A stretch of 62,741 nucleotides of DNA, counting the filler, from Stramenopiles sp. TOSAG23-2 (Eukaryota), in the NCBI GenBank assembly GCA_900128395.1. It is 8 parts of 8 records of this genome, joined end to end, with 100 filler letters (N's around TTAATTAATTAA, not from the genome) between each part and the next. Parts side by side here need not be neighbours in the genome. Positions count along the whole stretch, not along the records: positions 1 to 26,473 come from LT649435.1; 7 more parts are not named here. One strand, written 5' to 3'. Below the pieces are notes generated by a model. That model was not told the DNA's origin, made no database searches, and saw only the letters and a list, made by a program, of their open reading frames with translations. Shown here piece by piece: positions 1-11,103 of this stretch (positions are counted from its first letter, which is position 1; each line of letters starts with the position of its first letter). Position numbers and translations under genes: made by a program.

Positions 1-216
1 AATCATACGACTATTTACATAAGGTCAAATCTTAGGAACTTAGTAAACAGTTTTAAGTAGAAAAAAAATCAACATAAGATACTGCTACTAAGCAGCCAGT
101 AGTAAGCACATAAATTCAATATTAATAAAGTATTTTTTGTTAAAATTTGTGTAAGAAAGATAAACATTCTGCAGGTGTAAGTAACTGTTGTTGGAACAAT
201 TGTATGTATGCTTAAA

Positions 217-510
217 ATACAATGGAGCAACAAGAAAAATTTTGGGATGAAGTCCATTGTCAAGATTCTCAAAATACTAAAGAACCCGATGATTGGATAC
301 TTTCATCGGCCGAAAGTATGAAAATTATTGAAACAAAAATATTACAACCAATGATAAAGACTCATACAATGGAGCAACAAGAAAAATTTTGGGATGAAGT
401 CCATTGTCAAGATTCTCAAAATACTAAAGAACCCGATGATTGGATACTTTCATCGGCCGAAAGTATGAAAATTATTGAAACAAAAATATTACAACCAATG
501 ATAAAGACTC
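217..510. repeat. 147-bp exact tandem duplication (probable assembly artefact)
   Basis: 217-363 is identical to 364-510 and includes the ATG. Confidence 0.9.
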
Positions 511-1448
511 GTAATAATAATAATAAAATAAGATTACTGATAGCTGGCTGTGGTACATCAAATCTTGGTATTGATTTATATAAAAAGTATTCGAATATTC
601 TTAATATTACTAATATAGATATATCAAATGTTGCTATTTCAACTATGAAAAATAAATGTCCAAATAATAATAATATGAAATTTTTCAAAGTTGATTGTTG
701 TAAATTAAAAGAATACTTCAACAATGATGATGTTAATAATCAAAAATTCGATGTAGTAATTGACAAAGGCACAGCTGATACATTATTATTTCGTGTAAAA
801 CGCAATAAATCATACAAAAAGATATGTCAATATTTTGATGGTGTGCAAGAAATCTTAGCTAATAATGGCCATTTCTTGATCATTTCACCTAGAAAAAAAA
901 TGTATAAATTAAATTCATATTGTTGGAATAATTTCTATACATTGAAATTTCAAAATAAAATTGAACATAATAATAATATGCTTGTAAAACAACGTCGATG
1001 TCAAGAAAATTTAGATCGATCTGTATATATTCATCATTGTATAAAAAGTGATGATACAAATAATTCTCTCCTTCACAATAATAATAAAGCAACTATTAAT
1101 ACAACAACAATGTTAAAAATGAAATACAAAAAAAAGTATATATTAATTGAGCATGAAATAATGAAAAGTATTCTTAATAATAATAGTAATACGTACAACT
1201 TAAACTCTTCGGATGAAGTTCAATATCTTCAATCAATATATAATAGATTTAATATAAACCCAAGTACAAAGGTAATAGAAGAAGATGATGAAAATAATTT
1301 TATAATTCAACAATTATTTGATCATCGATTAAAATGTCGTAAAAATAAAGAATATGATACATCAGATGTTTTACGTCTTTATTTGAAATGTAAATACAAT
1401 GTTTTAATTGAAGATAGAAAAGAAACTAGTATTTGGTGGAAAGTGTAA
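222..1448 (+). CDS. Class I SAM-dependent methyltransferase (METTL13/EEF1AKMT4-like) with a C-terminal CysRS anticodon-binding-like domain
   Basis: Motif I LLIAGCGTSNLG, NIDIS, and FDVVIDKGTADTL typical of METTL13/EEF1AKMT4 enzymes. The first 49 aa are duplicated by a 147-bp tandem repeat. Confidence 0.8.
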   Translation: MEQQEKFWDEVHCQDSQNTKEPDDWILSSAESMKIIETKILQPMIKTHTMEQQEKFWDEVHCQDSQNTKEPDDWILSSAESMKIIETKILQPMIKTRNNNNKIRLLIAGCGTSNLGIDLYKKYSNILNITNIDISNVAISTMKNKCPNNNNMKFFKVDCCKLKEYFNNDDVNNQKFDVVIDKGTADTLLFRVKRNKSYKKICQYFDGVQEILANNGHFLIISPRKKMYKLNSYCWNNFYTLKFQNKIEHNNNMLVKQRRCQENLDRSVYIHHCIKSDDTNNSLLHNNNKATINTTTMLKMKYKKKYILIEHEIMKSILNNNSNTYNLNSSDEVQYLQSIYNRFNINPSTKVIEEDDENNFIIQQLFDHRLKCRKNKEYDTSDVLRLYLKCKYNVLIEDRKETSIWWKV

Positions 1449-1556
1449 CATTATAAAAGAAAGAGGGGAGGGGAGAAAGAAAGAGATTTGTGTCGTGAGT
1501 GAGTAAACATTGTGAAGTTTGCTTATAAATGCAAAATTGGATTATTAATACACCTA

Positions 1557-1695
1557 TGATTACCAGGATTACCAGGATTTACTTGGATTATCAATACCTA
1601 TGATGACCAGGATGACCAGAATGACCAGGATTTAGATAGAAAGATTAAGATTATAAGATGCTCTGATGCTCTGTGATCTGGTGATCTGGTGATGT
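1557..1695. repeat. Cluster of short 8-9-bp tandem repeats (GATTACCAG/GATGACCAG, GATGCTCT, GTGATCTG)
   Basis: Directly visible in the sequence. Confidence 0.8.
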
Positions 1696-2294
1696 GTGTA
1701 ACGAGATTTCATATTAATATTTTCGGCTATAATATTATATTCAAAATATAATGAGTGCTTTAATTAGTCAAGTGCCAGTAGTGCCAGAGTGAGCATCTAC
1801 ACACTACACAGCACTATATAAAACAATATCTCTATTACTATCATCAAATCATCAAATCATACTTCACCAAATATATCACCTTAAAGCATAATGCTAATGC
1901 TATTGCCATATTATAAATGCTTTAATTCATTCTCAAATCTGGAAATCATCAACAAATCAACAAACATGCACACCCGACCATCAACAAAAAGAATTCGTAT
2001 ATAAAACTTATATGTAAACCAAGGTCAGATGATGGAAAAGAGAAATAGATGAACATTCATTACACAACGCAACAATATATATAAATTACGTATATTACGC
2101 TAATAAATAATAGTTGCTTTATACGGTGTGTTTGTAATATATATATATATATTATATGTAGAAAGATAAACGTGGCTTTGTACATATATATATATATATA
2201 AATAGTTTAATTAATATTTTTTTTAAATATACGTATATAGCTAACATAACGACTTTTTGTCCCCAACTGTTTTTTTGTTTATTTGCAAAAAAAA

Positions 2295-3908
2295 ATGGGT
2301 CAATTTTGTGTCAAACTTAATAATAAACGTTCGATTGATGAGCCATTACGACCACGTTCATGGTCATCCACTGCTGTATATACACCAAATAATAATAATA
2401 ATAATAATAATAACAGCAGAGGCTCACCAACACCTGAATTGTCTAAAGAAGAAGTTATATTTAATAAAGGTATTACAAAATTTAATATTAAACCAAAAGA
2501 TGGTATACAATATTTAATTAAAAATGAATTACTAGAGAAAGATCCTGATTCAATCGCGGAGTTTTTGCATAGTAAACGTCTTTTCCGTGGTAGATCAGAA
2601 TTACAAAGTGGACTTAGTAAACGACAAATAGGATTATACCTTGGTAGGTCTGGTAAAGGTAAAGAAGAAACAAGCTTTCATAAAAAGGTATTAGAAGAAT
2701 ATGTTGGTAAATTTAATTTCATCGGTAAAACTTTGGATTCTGCATTGCGTGAATTTTTAACATATTTCCGTTTACCAGGTGAGTCTCAATTAATTGATAG
2801 GATAATAGAGAAATTTGCTTGTCATTATCATCAACAAAATGAAGATATGAAAGCAGCAATATTTGCAAATCAAGATACTGTATATGTATTGGCATTTGCT
2901 ATGATTATTTTAAATACAGATGCACATAATCCAAATGTGAAAAAAAAAAATAAAATGACAAAAACACAATTTATTAAAATGTGTAGTGGAATTGATAAAG
3001 GGGATGACGTTCCAAAAGCAACATTGGAAATGTTATTTGATAATATAATGGATAATGAGATTGAAACTGGATGGGAAACAGATATCGTAACATTTTTTAA
3101 CCCAAGTTGCGAAGGATGGCTATCTAAACGAGCTGCACGTGGGACAAAGAAATGGTCCAAACGTTTTTTTTTATTAAATGAACATTGTTTATATTATTTT
3201 AAATCTGAACCGGAAAAGAGTAACGGGAAAGAAAATTGTCGATGTATTATACCATTAGAAAATTGTATAGTTGTTGAAAATGTCGAAGGTGACAATACAT
3301 TTGCGTTGCGTTCCAGCAATCCATTTGAAAAATCGATTAAAAGTGCAAAACGTTTGAAATCTGGTAGATTAAGTTTAACGGGTCATTCAGAATATATATT
3401 TCGTTGTGAAACTAAAATTGATTGTATACGTTGGATAAAAGCGTTGCGAAATGAACTGACGGAAAATCCTTTGTTAGATACATTGGCAAATCGAAGGGCA
3501 CAAGCACGTGGTGAGAAACGACGAAGAAAACGTATGAGTTGGGGACAAAGTCCATCTGTCCAATTAGATGATGAAATTGCTACTCCAAGCGGAGTTGTTT
3601 TTGATGATAATGATGATGATGATGATCGTAAAATCAAGACAAGGCCAAATGGTAGCGATAGTTTATCTTCCATTGGTGATTTAAAAGATTTAAATGTTAC
3701 AACGCCATTGGGTGATACAAACATAATGAATAGTAGTGCAAATTATAGTAACAATGATACAAATCCTTCATCCTCTCCATCTAAAAAAAGAATGATTGGA
3801 AATGGTAATCTGAATAACGGAAATACTAGTAATAATACGAATAATGAATCATCTGCCATTGGTGTCGGTGAAATCAAAGTAATGGATGAAAATGATATTG
3901 AAGGGTAA
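2295..3908 (+). CDS. Cytohesin-like Arf guanine nucleotide exchange factor (Sec7 + PH domains)
   Basis: Sec7 motifs FNIKPKDGIQYL, FRLPGESQLIDRI (catalytic Glu) and LAFAMIILNTDAHN; PH domain EGWLSKR..KWSKRFFLL..CLYYF..RWIKAL. The first ATG is at 2295 (MGQFC, possible acylation signal). Confidence 0.92.
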   Translation: MGQFCVKLNNKRSIDEPLRPRSWSSTAVYTPNNNNNNNNNSRGSPTPELSKEEVIFNKGITKFNIKPKDGIQYLIKNELLEKDPDSIAEFLHSKRLFRGRSELQSGLSKRQIGLYLGRSGKGKEETSFHKKVLEEYVGKFNFIGKTLDSALREFLTYFRLPGESQLIDRIIEKFACHYHQQNEDMKAAIFANQDTVYVLAFAMIILNTDAHNPNVKKKNKMTKTQFIKMCSGIDKGDDVPKATLEMLFDNIMDNEIETGWETDIVTFFNPSCEGWLSKRAARGTKKWSKRFFLLNEHCLYYFKSEPEKSNGKENCRCIIPLENCIVVENVEGDNTFALRSSNPFEKSIKSAKRLKSGRLSLTGHSEYIFRCETKIDCIRWIKALRNELTENPLLDTLANRRAQARGEKRRRKRMSWGQSPSVQLDDEIATPSGVVFDDNDDDDDRKIKTRPNGSDSLSSIGDLKDLNVTTPLGDTNIMNSSANYSNNDTNPSSSPSKKRMIGNGNLNNGNTSNNTNNESSAIGVGEIKVMDENDIEG

Positions 3909-4056
3909 GAAGAATGGAGAAAGAGAGAGAGGGAAAAAACATCAAATATACGGTATGATAATATTCATATCATTCTTTTACGACTTCGTACCAAAAAACA
4001 TTAAATTACTGTGCGGTGTGTGTCACATTTATACACACGCACAAAATGATACAGCG

Positions 4057-5710
4057 ATGATAAAAAAAGAGAATAATGATGACGATGATTTAGCAGATGC
4101 TTTTAACTCGTTAACGGTTAGTAATACCAACAACAACAACAAAAATAACGACGACGTCGACAATAGAAAGGTGGATATAATAAATAATGCTACAGAGAAT
4201 TTAAAAAGTTTAGCATTGTCTAGTAGTGATGATGATAGTAGTGATTTTAAAGTTGGCAATGAAAATAGTCCAGTATGTCTTGTATATGATAAACGTATGA
4301 TGTTACACGTAGCACCTATGGACCATCCAGAACAACCAAAACGTATTGAACGTATTTGGTCAGCATTTGTAGAAGATGGTATTGTAAAGTCTTGTCATCG
4401 AATACCATCCAGGTTAGCAAATGATGAAGAATTATTGCGTTGCCATCCACAAAAACATATTGATGTCATTGCCGATGTATTTTATGGTGTAGACCCAGGT
4501 GAATTAGAATTGAAAAAGCAATTTTTAGAACAGAAAAAATTTCAGTTTAGACACGATGACGATACATATGATGGCAAAAATTCAAATTTAGCAGCAAGAC
4601 TTGCTGCTGGATCGATCATGGCAGTGACAGAAGCAATTTTATCTGAGGAGAAAAAAAATAGTAAAAAATCTGGCTTTGCAGTTGTAAGGCCTCCTGGACA
4701 TCATTGTGAAAGCGAAACACCACAAGGATTTTGTTTATTTAATAGCGTAGCAGTTGCCGCTCGACATGCACAAACTTTTGCACCAAAAAAATGTAAAAAA
4801 GTTTTAATTGTTGATTGGGATGTACATCATGGTAACGGGACCCAAAATATATTTTATGATGATCCATCCGTGTTTTATGTCAGTATTCATCGATCGGATG
4901 GTGGTAAATTTTATCCTGGTACGGGATTTGCAAAGGAGCTTGGTAATAAAAAGAAACGTTCATTAGGAACTAATTTGAATATTCCATGGCCATGTAGAGG
5001 ATTAGGTGATAAAGAATATGCAGTTGCATTTGAAAAATTGTTAATGCCATTATGTAAAAACTTTAAACCTGACTTGGTATTTATAAGTGCAGGTTTTGAT
5101 GCTGCATTAGGTGACCCATTAGGGGGGATGAAAGTCTCGCCTGGTGGATATGCTTACATGACAAATGAATTGATGCAATTAGCAAATGGCAATGTTATCA
5201 TTGCGTTAGAAGGTGGTTACAATTTAACGTCTATTTCCGTAAGTGCAGTTGCATGTGCACGTGCTTTACTTGGTAAAAGTGTTGAAGGTCAAGATGAAAT
5301 ATATAAATTTGCTAAAGAATCAACAAACGTTGAATATGCCGATGAAATAGATACAAGGGCTTTGCGTAGTCTTAATCAAATGTTACAGTAAAAGTGTTGA
5401 AGGTCAAGATGAAATATATAAATTTGCTAAAGAATCAACAAATGTTGAATATGCCGATGAAATAGATACAAGGGCTTTGCGTAGTCTTAATCAAATGTTA
5501 CAAATACAAAGTGATTTTTGGGAAGAAACTCATGATGATAAAGATGGAAGAAAAAATCCTTTCAATCAACCATTAAAAGGTAGTATGGGGCGATCTAGGA
5601 AACAAACCAAAAAAATGCAAGAATCAAAATCATTACAAGAAGCATTTTTAGAAAGAAGGAAAAAGGCTGCTGCTAGAGCAAAAAAGAAAAAGAAAAAAAA
5701 GAAAACATGA
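4057..5710 (+). CDS. Class II histone deacetylase (HDA1/HDAC6-like), frameshifted near the C-terminus by a 115-bp duplication
   Basis: HPEQPKRI, RPPGHH, GFCLFN, DWDVHHGNGTQ, SAGFDA and LEGGY motifs. Removing one copy of 5273-5387/5388-5502 joins the ORF to the basic tail ending at 5710. The start codon is uncertain. Confidence 0.9.
5273..5502. repeat. 115-bp tandem duplication with one mismatch
   Basis: 5273-5387 vs 5388-5502 (caacaaacgt vs caacaaatgt). Confidence 0.9.
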
Positions 5711-5997
5711 GAGACGATCATCAGAGATGTTTGGTGAGAATATGATTGTTGTGTAGACGTTTAAATGTGTGAAAATTGGGGTGGTATAGAGAGCTATAGT
5801 GTGTGTTGTGTATTACGAAGTTCGTAATTATACACACACACACATCATTTGTAATGTATTTAGTTTCTTTAAAAGTTTTTTTTTTTTTATAAAACAGCAT
5901 CGTAAATATACGTATATTAGAAAGAGATACACATATATTATATTATAATAATGATACACATATATATATATATATTATTTCACGAACCGTATATTTT

Positions 5998-7164
5998 TTA
6001 TTCCTGTAAAACATCTTCCGCATATGTTTCATCTAATAAATCATCTAGATTATTACCATTATATGTGCAGAAAGAATTGGCACCGCAATCACGATTGGTC
6101 CGTGCTTTATATGCTCCTTTTGGAGCATTATATTTAATAAGTTTTGATGATAGAGTTGTTTTTATAGCGCATGTATATCCCGGTTTGCAATCTTCACACA
6201 GATCTTTTCCTGGAACACACCTGTACCATACTCTTTGGATTTTGCCTCTGTGTATTTTTACGATTGGGCCTCTTACAGGGTAATAATCATTTTCATCCAT
6301 TGGATATGGTAACCTGAACGTTGTCACAACTTGATTAGGGTCTTCTGGCTCATCACATTCTCGATAAATCGAAGCTACCCTAGGTAAATGTTTTTGTTTC
6401 TTCTTCTTCATGGGTGAGAATGGATCTCCAAAACCTGCGTAATGATGTACATTAAATAGCGCATGTGCTACGTTCTTGGCCGTTCCTAATAACGAAAACC
6501 TATTTTTCTCTGGCTCAAATACTTCATATGCTTGTTCTTTAGGTCCTTGATCTTTCTTACGCCATTCTTCCAATTTTTCTTTAAAAGTCTTCAGATTGTC
6601 CTTCATTTTTTTCTTCTTTTCCTTTGTTGCGCTGTATTTACGCTCGGTAACTGATTCTATATTATGACACCCATCTTTTTCCGTTTCAACATGGTTGTCT
6701 GGTTGCTTAATGTAATTTGGTTCCTTCGCATTTCTCCCTTGTCCACGACCATGTCCACGATTTTTGTCTATAACCTTTAGTTTCAATTTTGAATGTATTT
6801 CATTCTTGGAAACCGAGAAACCATTGCCATATGTTAGTTTGCCTGTTCCACCATCATAGTGTATTTGATTTGGATCGTTTCCCAAGTCCCACATATTTTT
6901 TTCTTTAGCAAATCGCACCTTTGTTGGTCTACCGTTGATATTGTATGTGACATGATCCTTTTTATCGAATTCACTCATACTATTGCCATAATTATAAGTG
7001 TTATCATTTGCGTTCCATGTTACAGTGTTTGAGTCGTCAAGACTTCCAAAAGTCCCAAAACTATCATACTTTTTAGTGTTTTTTGTTCTTAAGCTTTGCT
7101 TTGCATCTGCATTTGTAGCTATAATTAATAATACTATAGCAGTCACTTTTATGAATAACTTCAT
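5998..7164 (-). CDS. Secreted hypothetical protein with a Cys-rich C-terminus
   Basis: Signal-peptide-like MKLFIKVTAIVLLIIATNADA in a 397-codon ORF; several Cys near the C-terminus; no family recognised. Confidence 0.65.
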   Translation of the reverse strand: MKLFIKVTAIVLLIIATNADAKQSLRTKNTKKYDSFGTFGSLDDSNTVTWNANDNTYNYGNSMSEFDKKDHVTYNINGRPTKVRFAKEKNMWDLGNDPNQIHYDGGTGKLTYGNGFSVSKNEIHSKLKLKVIDKNRGHGRGQGRNAKEPNYIKQPDNHVETEKDGCHNIESVTERKYSATKEKKKKMKDNLKTFKEKLEEWRKKDQGPKEQAYEVFEPEKNRFSLLGTAKNVAHALFNVHHYAGFGDPFSPMKKKKQKHLPRVASIYRECDEPEDPNQVVTTFRLPYPMDENDYYPVRGPIVKIHRGKIQRVWYRCVPGKDLCEDCKPGYTCAIKTTLSSKLIKYNAPKGAYKARTNRDCGANSFCTYNGNNLDDLLDETYAEDVLQE

Positions 7165-7496
7165 TTTAATATTTATAGATATTTTCGACAAATTATATTT
7201 TGAAGAAGTAAAAACACTTTATAAAAACGATGTCAAATTTTGTGATGTTAGAAAGTTTTTTGTTTTTGGTTTATGAAATACCCTATATCGTGTTTTTCAT
7301 GGTTTCTTCCCCCCCTTTTTCTTTATTTATTTATTTTAGTTTATTTTAGTTTATGTTATATTATCGCCTGCTACAGCGCTATAATACAGCCCACAATTAG
7401 GAATTCTGTGAGCGCTATTCTCCGCCAGTGCTTCTCCCCCCTTTTATTCTTTTTGCGAACTCATGGGAAAATAATATTAATAGTTACAACTAACAC

Positions 7497-7714
7497 TACC
7501 ACCTGGTGTACCCGATACAATCGTGTATACTCGCTCGAGCTATACGTAAAAAAAAAAAAATAATACAAAATCTGATAGGGATATAAATTGATATAATGCT
7601 ATGTGTATATTATCTTCGAATACAATGATATACACATGCTATTTTTAAAAATCAATAGTGTATCGTTTTAATTAGACAGGATCGAGGAGCGGAGCGAGTA
7701 TACACCTGGTGGTA
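7497..7714. repeat. Inverted-repeat-bounded ~220-bp element
   Basis: GTGTATACTCGCTC (7523-7536) is the perfect reverse complement of 7692-7705; TACCACCTG (7497-7505) pairs with CTGGTGGTA (7706-7714) with one mismatch. Confidence 0.6.
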
Positions 7715-8026
7715 CTAGTGAGCAGAGCTAGCTCGCTAGCTCTACCTTAATCTGGTATTAAGGTATTTGAAATCTTAAATACAAATACTAAAACATAGAA
7801 TTGCAAAGTGCAAAGTGCAATTCATTCATATTCATGTAAAAAATAATATAATAAAAGATACATAGCACCACATACATAGTTATAATATCTAGAAACAGAA
7901 AGATACTGTACCAAGTAAAGCGGAAGAGATACACAAATACCGAAAAAAAAAAACCGAAAAGATAAGAGAAAAGAGATAGTAATATATATCGATATATATA
8001 TATATATTAATATCAGTATAAATACT

Positions 8027-9088
8027 ATGGCGTATTAACAAAAAAATATGGAGTCGATTTTGATGACAGTAGAGTAATTTTGGATGGAAAGAACATCTGT
8101 GATGAGGATTTACAAAATATAGGTGAAGCATTGAAAGCAAACAATACATTGACATACTTGGACCTACATAATAATAATATTACTGATGTACAAAGTATTG
8201 GTGAATTGTTAAAAGCAAACAATACATTAACGAGATTGTACCTAGATAATAATAATATTACTGATGTACAAAGTATTGGTGAAGGATTAAAAACAACTCA
8301 CGGATGAGGATGCATTAGCTATTGGTGAATTGTTAAAAACAAACAATACATTAACGAAATTGTACCTAGATAATAATAATATTACTGATGTACAAAGTAT
8401 TGGTGAAGGATTAAAAACAAATAACACATTAACATACTTGGACCTACGTAATAATAATATTACTGATGTACAAAGTATTGGTGAATTGTTAAAAGCAAAC
8501 AATACATTAAGGAGATTGTATCTAGATAATAATAATATTACTGATGTACAAAGTATTGGTGAAGGATTGAAAGCAAACAATACATTAGAGTACTTGTCCA
8601 TATGGAATAATAATATTACTGATGTACAAAGTATTGGTGAAGGATTAAAAACAAACAATACATTAAATATTACTGATGTACAAAGTATTGGTGAAGGATT
8701 AAAAACAAACAATACATTAAAGACATTGCACCTACATCATAATAATATTACTGATGATAGTGGAATACAAAGTATTATTGATGGATTAAAAACAAACAAT
8801 ACATTAACGGAATTGTCCCTACTTCATAATAATATTATTGATGTACAAAGTATTGGTGAAGGATTAAAAACAAACAATACATTAAAGGGATTGGACCTAT
8901 CTAAGAATAATATTACTGATGTACAAAGTATTATTGATGGATTAAAAACAAACAATACATTAAATCACTTGCGCCTACATCATAATCAACTTAGTTCTAA
9001 TATGAAATCACAATTAAGAGCTATACAACAATATAAACGGAGAGGATCAAACGGGTATCAACAAGTGAAAAGGATGTGGATAAGGTAA
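8027..9088 (+). CDS. Ribonuclease-inhibitor-like (28-aa) leucine-rich-repeat protein, frame-disrupted
   Basis: About 11 tandem 84-bp units encoding NNTLxxLxLxxNNITDVQSIGEGLKT. Frameshift near 8298, an internally deleted unit near 8665, and an ATG at 8027 that is out of frame with the upstream open frame. Confidence 0.85.
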
Positions 9089-9458
9089 AGGACATTATAA
9101 TTAATATATATATCTATATACTACCAACTACAATATCCCTATATAATATAATAACAGTACATAGTATCATAGTAATTATGTGTGTTATAATAGTAATTTT
9201 TTATTTAGGACAAAACTCATGCACTCATGCAGCTGCTCTAATCTAGGTCCTAGACTTTTCAAAGAAAAGTCTAGTTGGAGACATAGATTTAGTGCTGTGT
9301 GGCTTCTATTTTGAGTAAAAATCAGGGGGTTTTAAGGTTTTACAATGCTATTTTTAGCCTAAATACATGGAGTACTTCGTTTGATGATTTTTGCTGATGA
9401 AAAATGAAAATATTTGGATTTGCATTTAATCCAAGTCCATTTCCATCAAAATATATAT

Positions 9459-9824
9459 ATATTTACACTCCACAAATGGATTTACATATCATTTTCATTT
9501 ATAAAATTACATACTAAATATTTTATTATATTATAAATTATTTACCATTTTAGAAACTCAACATCATTTTAAAACACATTCCACAAATAATATAACTATT
9601 ACATACATATTAATAACCAAAATACAAACATTTTATCAAAAATATTTACACTCCACAAATGGATTTACATATCATTTTCATTTATAAAATTACATACTAA
9701 ATATTTTATTATATTATAAATTATTTACCATTTTAGAAACTCAACATCATTTTAAAACACATTCCACAAATAATATAACTATTACATACATATTAATAAC
9801 CAAAATACAAACATTTTATCAAAA
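9459..9824. repeat. 183-bp tandem duplication in intergenic DNA
   Basis: 9459-9641 is repeated at 9642-9824. Confidence 0.85.
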
Positions 9825-9975
9825 TATTGAAATATAAGGGGATCCAATCAAATATAATCCAATAATTCCAACATTTCATACGTGGTAAGAATACAATAAC
9901 TGAGACAATAATATCTATATGTACATCATAAAAAAATATATATACGAGTACGTACGACTTTGCGGTATTTTTTTT

Positions 9976-11103
9976 TTACAATTTACTTTGTTTTTTAATA
10001 TAATCCTCGCGAAATTTTTGATAGTCCTCTTTGTAATCATCATGCCATCTAGATAATGGTGGACGACTCATTGTTATATCGTTGGAGCCCCATTGAACAC
10101 CAGCATGCATCATATCGTTTGTCCGAAATTTTTGATAGTCCTCTTTGTAATCATCATGCCATCTAGATAATGGTGGACGACTCATTGTTATATCGTTGGA
10201 GCCCCATTGAACACCAGCATGCATCATATCGTTTGTCATGTCATTATCTGGGCACATAATATAGAAGGGAGCACCATTTTCAATTGCAGCAAACATTAAA
10301 TCCGTAGTTTGTTTTGGCGTCCATTGCCCTTCATGTTGTTTCCCTTCTTCATGAAATCGCACAGTTTTTTCATCAAATGAATCACCATTTAATCTTCGAT
10401 TTGTTTTATAGGAAAGCATTGAGTTTACCCAGCCTGGTATTAATAGAAAGGCAGTAATATTGCATCCTTCAGTGGAACGAAATTTATGCTCAAGTCCTTC
10501 TGTTAAAGTTATAACACCAGCTTTGGAAATATTATATGCTGTGTCTCCAGGTGGCTTGGTGATTCCTTGCTTGGAACCGGTGTTAACGACAACACATGGA
10601 TTATTTTGTTCAATCATAGACGGTACAAATGTATGAACAAAATTAATATATCCAAACAAATTTGTATTAATAACTTCATGCCATCTGTCAAAGTTTTCAA
10701 AGGGCCCACCACCACCTCCAATACCAGCATTATTGAAGAGAAGATTCACTTGACCAAAATGCTTATAGACTTGTTCTTTTACCTTTTCTACTGCACTTTT
10801 ATCTCGAACATCACAAATAACAGTCATTATATCTTCGTCATCTGCAATTTGTTGCAATTCAATTTTAGTTTTTTGTAACATTTTTTTATCAATATCACAA
10901 ATACAAAGTTTCATTTTACGTTTTGCACAATCAATTGCTGCAGCTTTTCCAATGCCACTTGAAGCACCTGTAATGACGGCAACATTCCCAGGCGATAGTG
11001 CTAAACGTGGTGTTCGCTTATCCGATGGTGGTGGTTTTGGTAGCTGATTCATCGTATTTATTTTGTGTGTCTTTTCTTTTTTGTTGACGACTTTTGTTGT
11101 CAT
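9976..11103 (-). CDS. Classical short-chain dehydrogenase/reductase, probably peroxisomal
   Basis: TGASSGIG, NNAG and YNISK (YxxxK) motifs; C-terminal SKL (PTS1). An in-frame 114-bp duplication (10010-10123/10124-10237) lies near the 3' end. Confidence 0.9.
   Translation of the reverse strand: MTTKVVNKKEKTHKINTMNQLPKPPPSDKRTPRLALSPGNVAVITGASSGIGKAAAIDCAKRKMKLCICDIDKKMLQKTKIELQQIADDEDIMTVICDVRDKSAVEKVKEQVYKHFGQVNLLFNNAGIGGGGGPFENFDRWHEVINTNLFGYINFVHTFVPSMIEQNNPCVVVNTGSKQGITKPPGDTAYNISKAGVITLTEGLEHKFRSTEGCNITAFLLIPGWVNSMLSYKTNRRLNGDSFDEKTVRFHEEGKQHEGQWTPKQTTDLMFAAIENGAPFYIMCPDNDMTNDMMHAGVQWGSNDITMSRPPLSRWHDDYKEDYQKFRTNDMMHAGVQWGSNDITMSRPPLSRWHDDYKEDYQKFREDYIKKQSKL

Noticed and set aside
3886..4056. 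N-terminal extension of the HDAC ORF overlapping the Sec7 gene
   Set aside because: Looks like 3' UTR/intergenic sequence (contains the TACGA motif and AC repeats); ATG 4057 is more plausible.
5389..5391. Stop-codon readthrough or alternative genetic code to explain split genes
   Set aside because: Each split is explained by a duplication, an intron or an indel; long conserved genes translate normally with the standard code.
8130..9000. CRISPR-like pattern of constant repeats with variable inserts
   Set aside because: The period is 84 bp (28 codons) and it translates to LRRs; the variable parts are codons, not spacers.
9250..9274. 11-bp perfect hairpin CTAGACTTTTC-AAA-GAAAAGTCTAG as a terminator or Helitron end
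   Set aside because: Single short instance with no supporting element structure.
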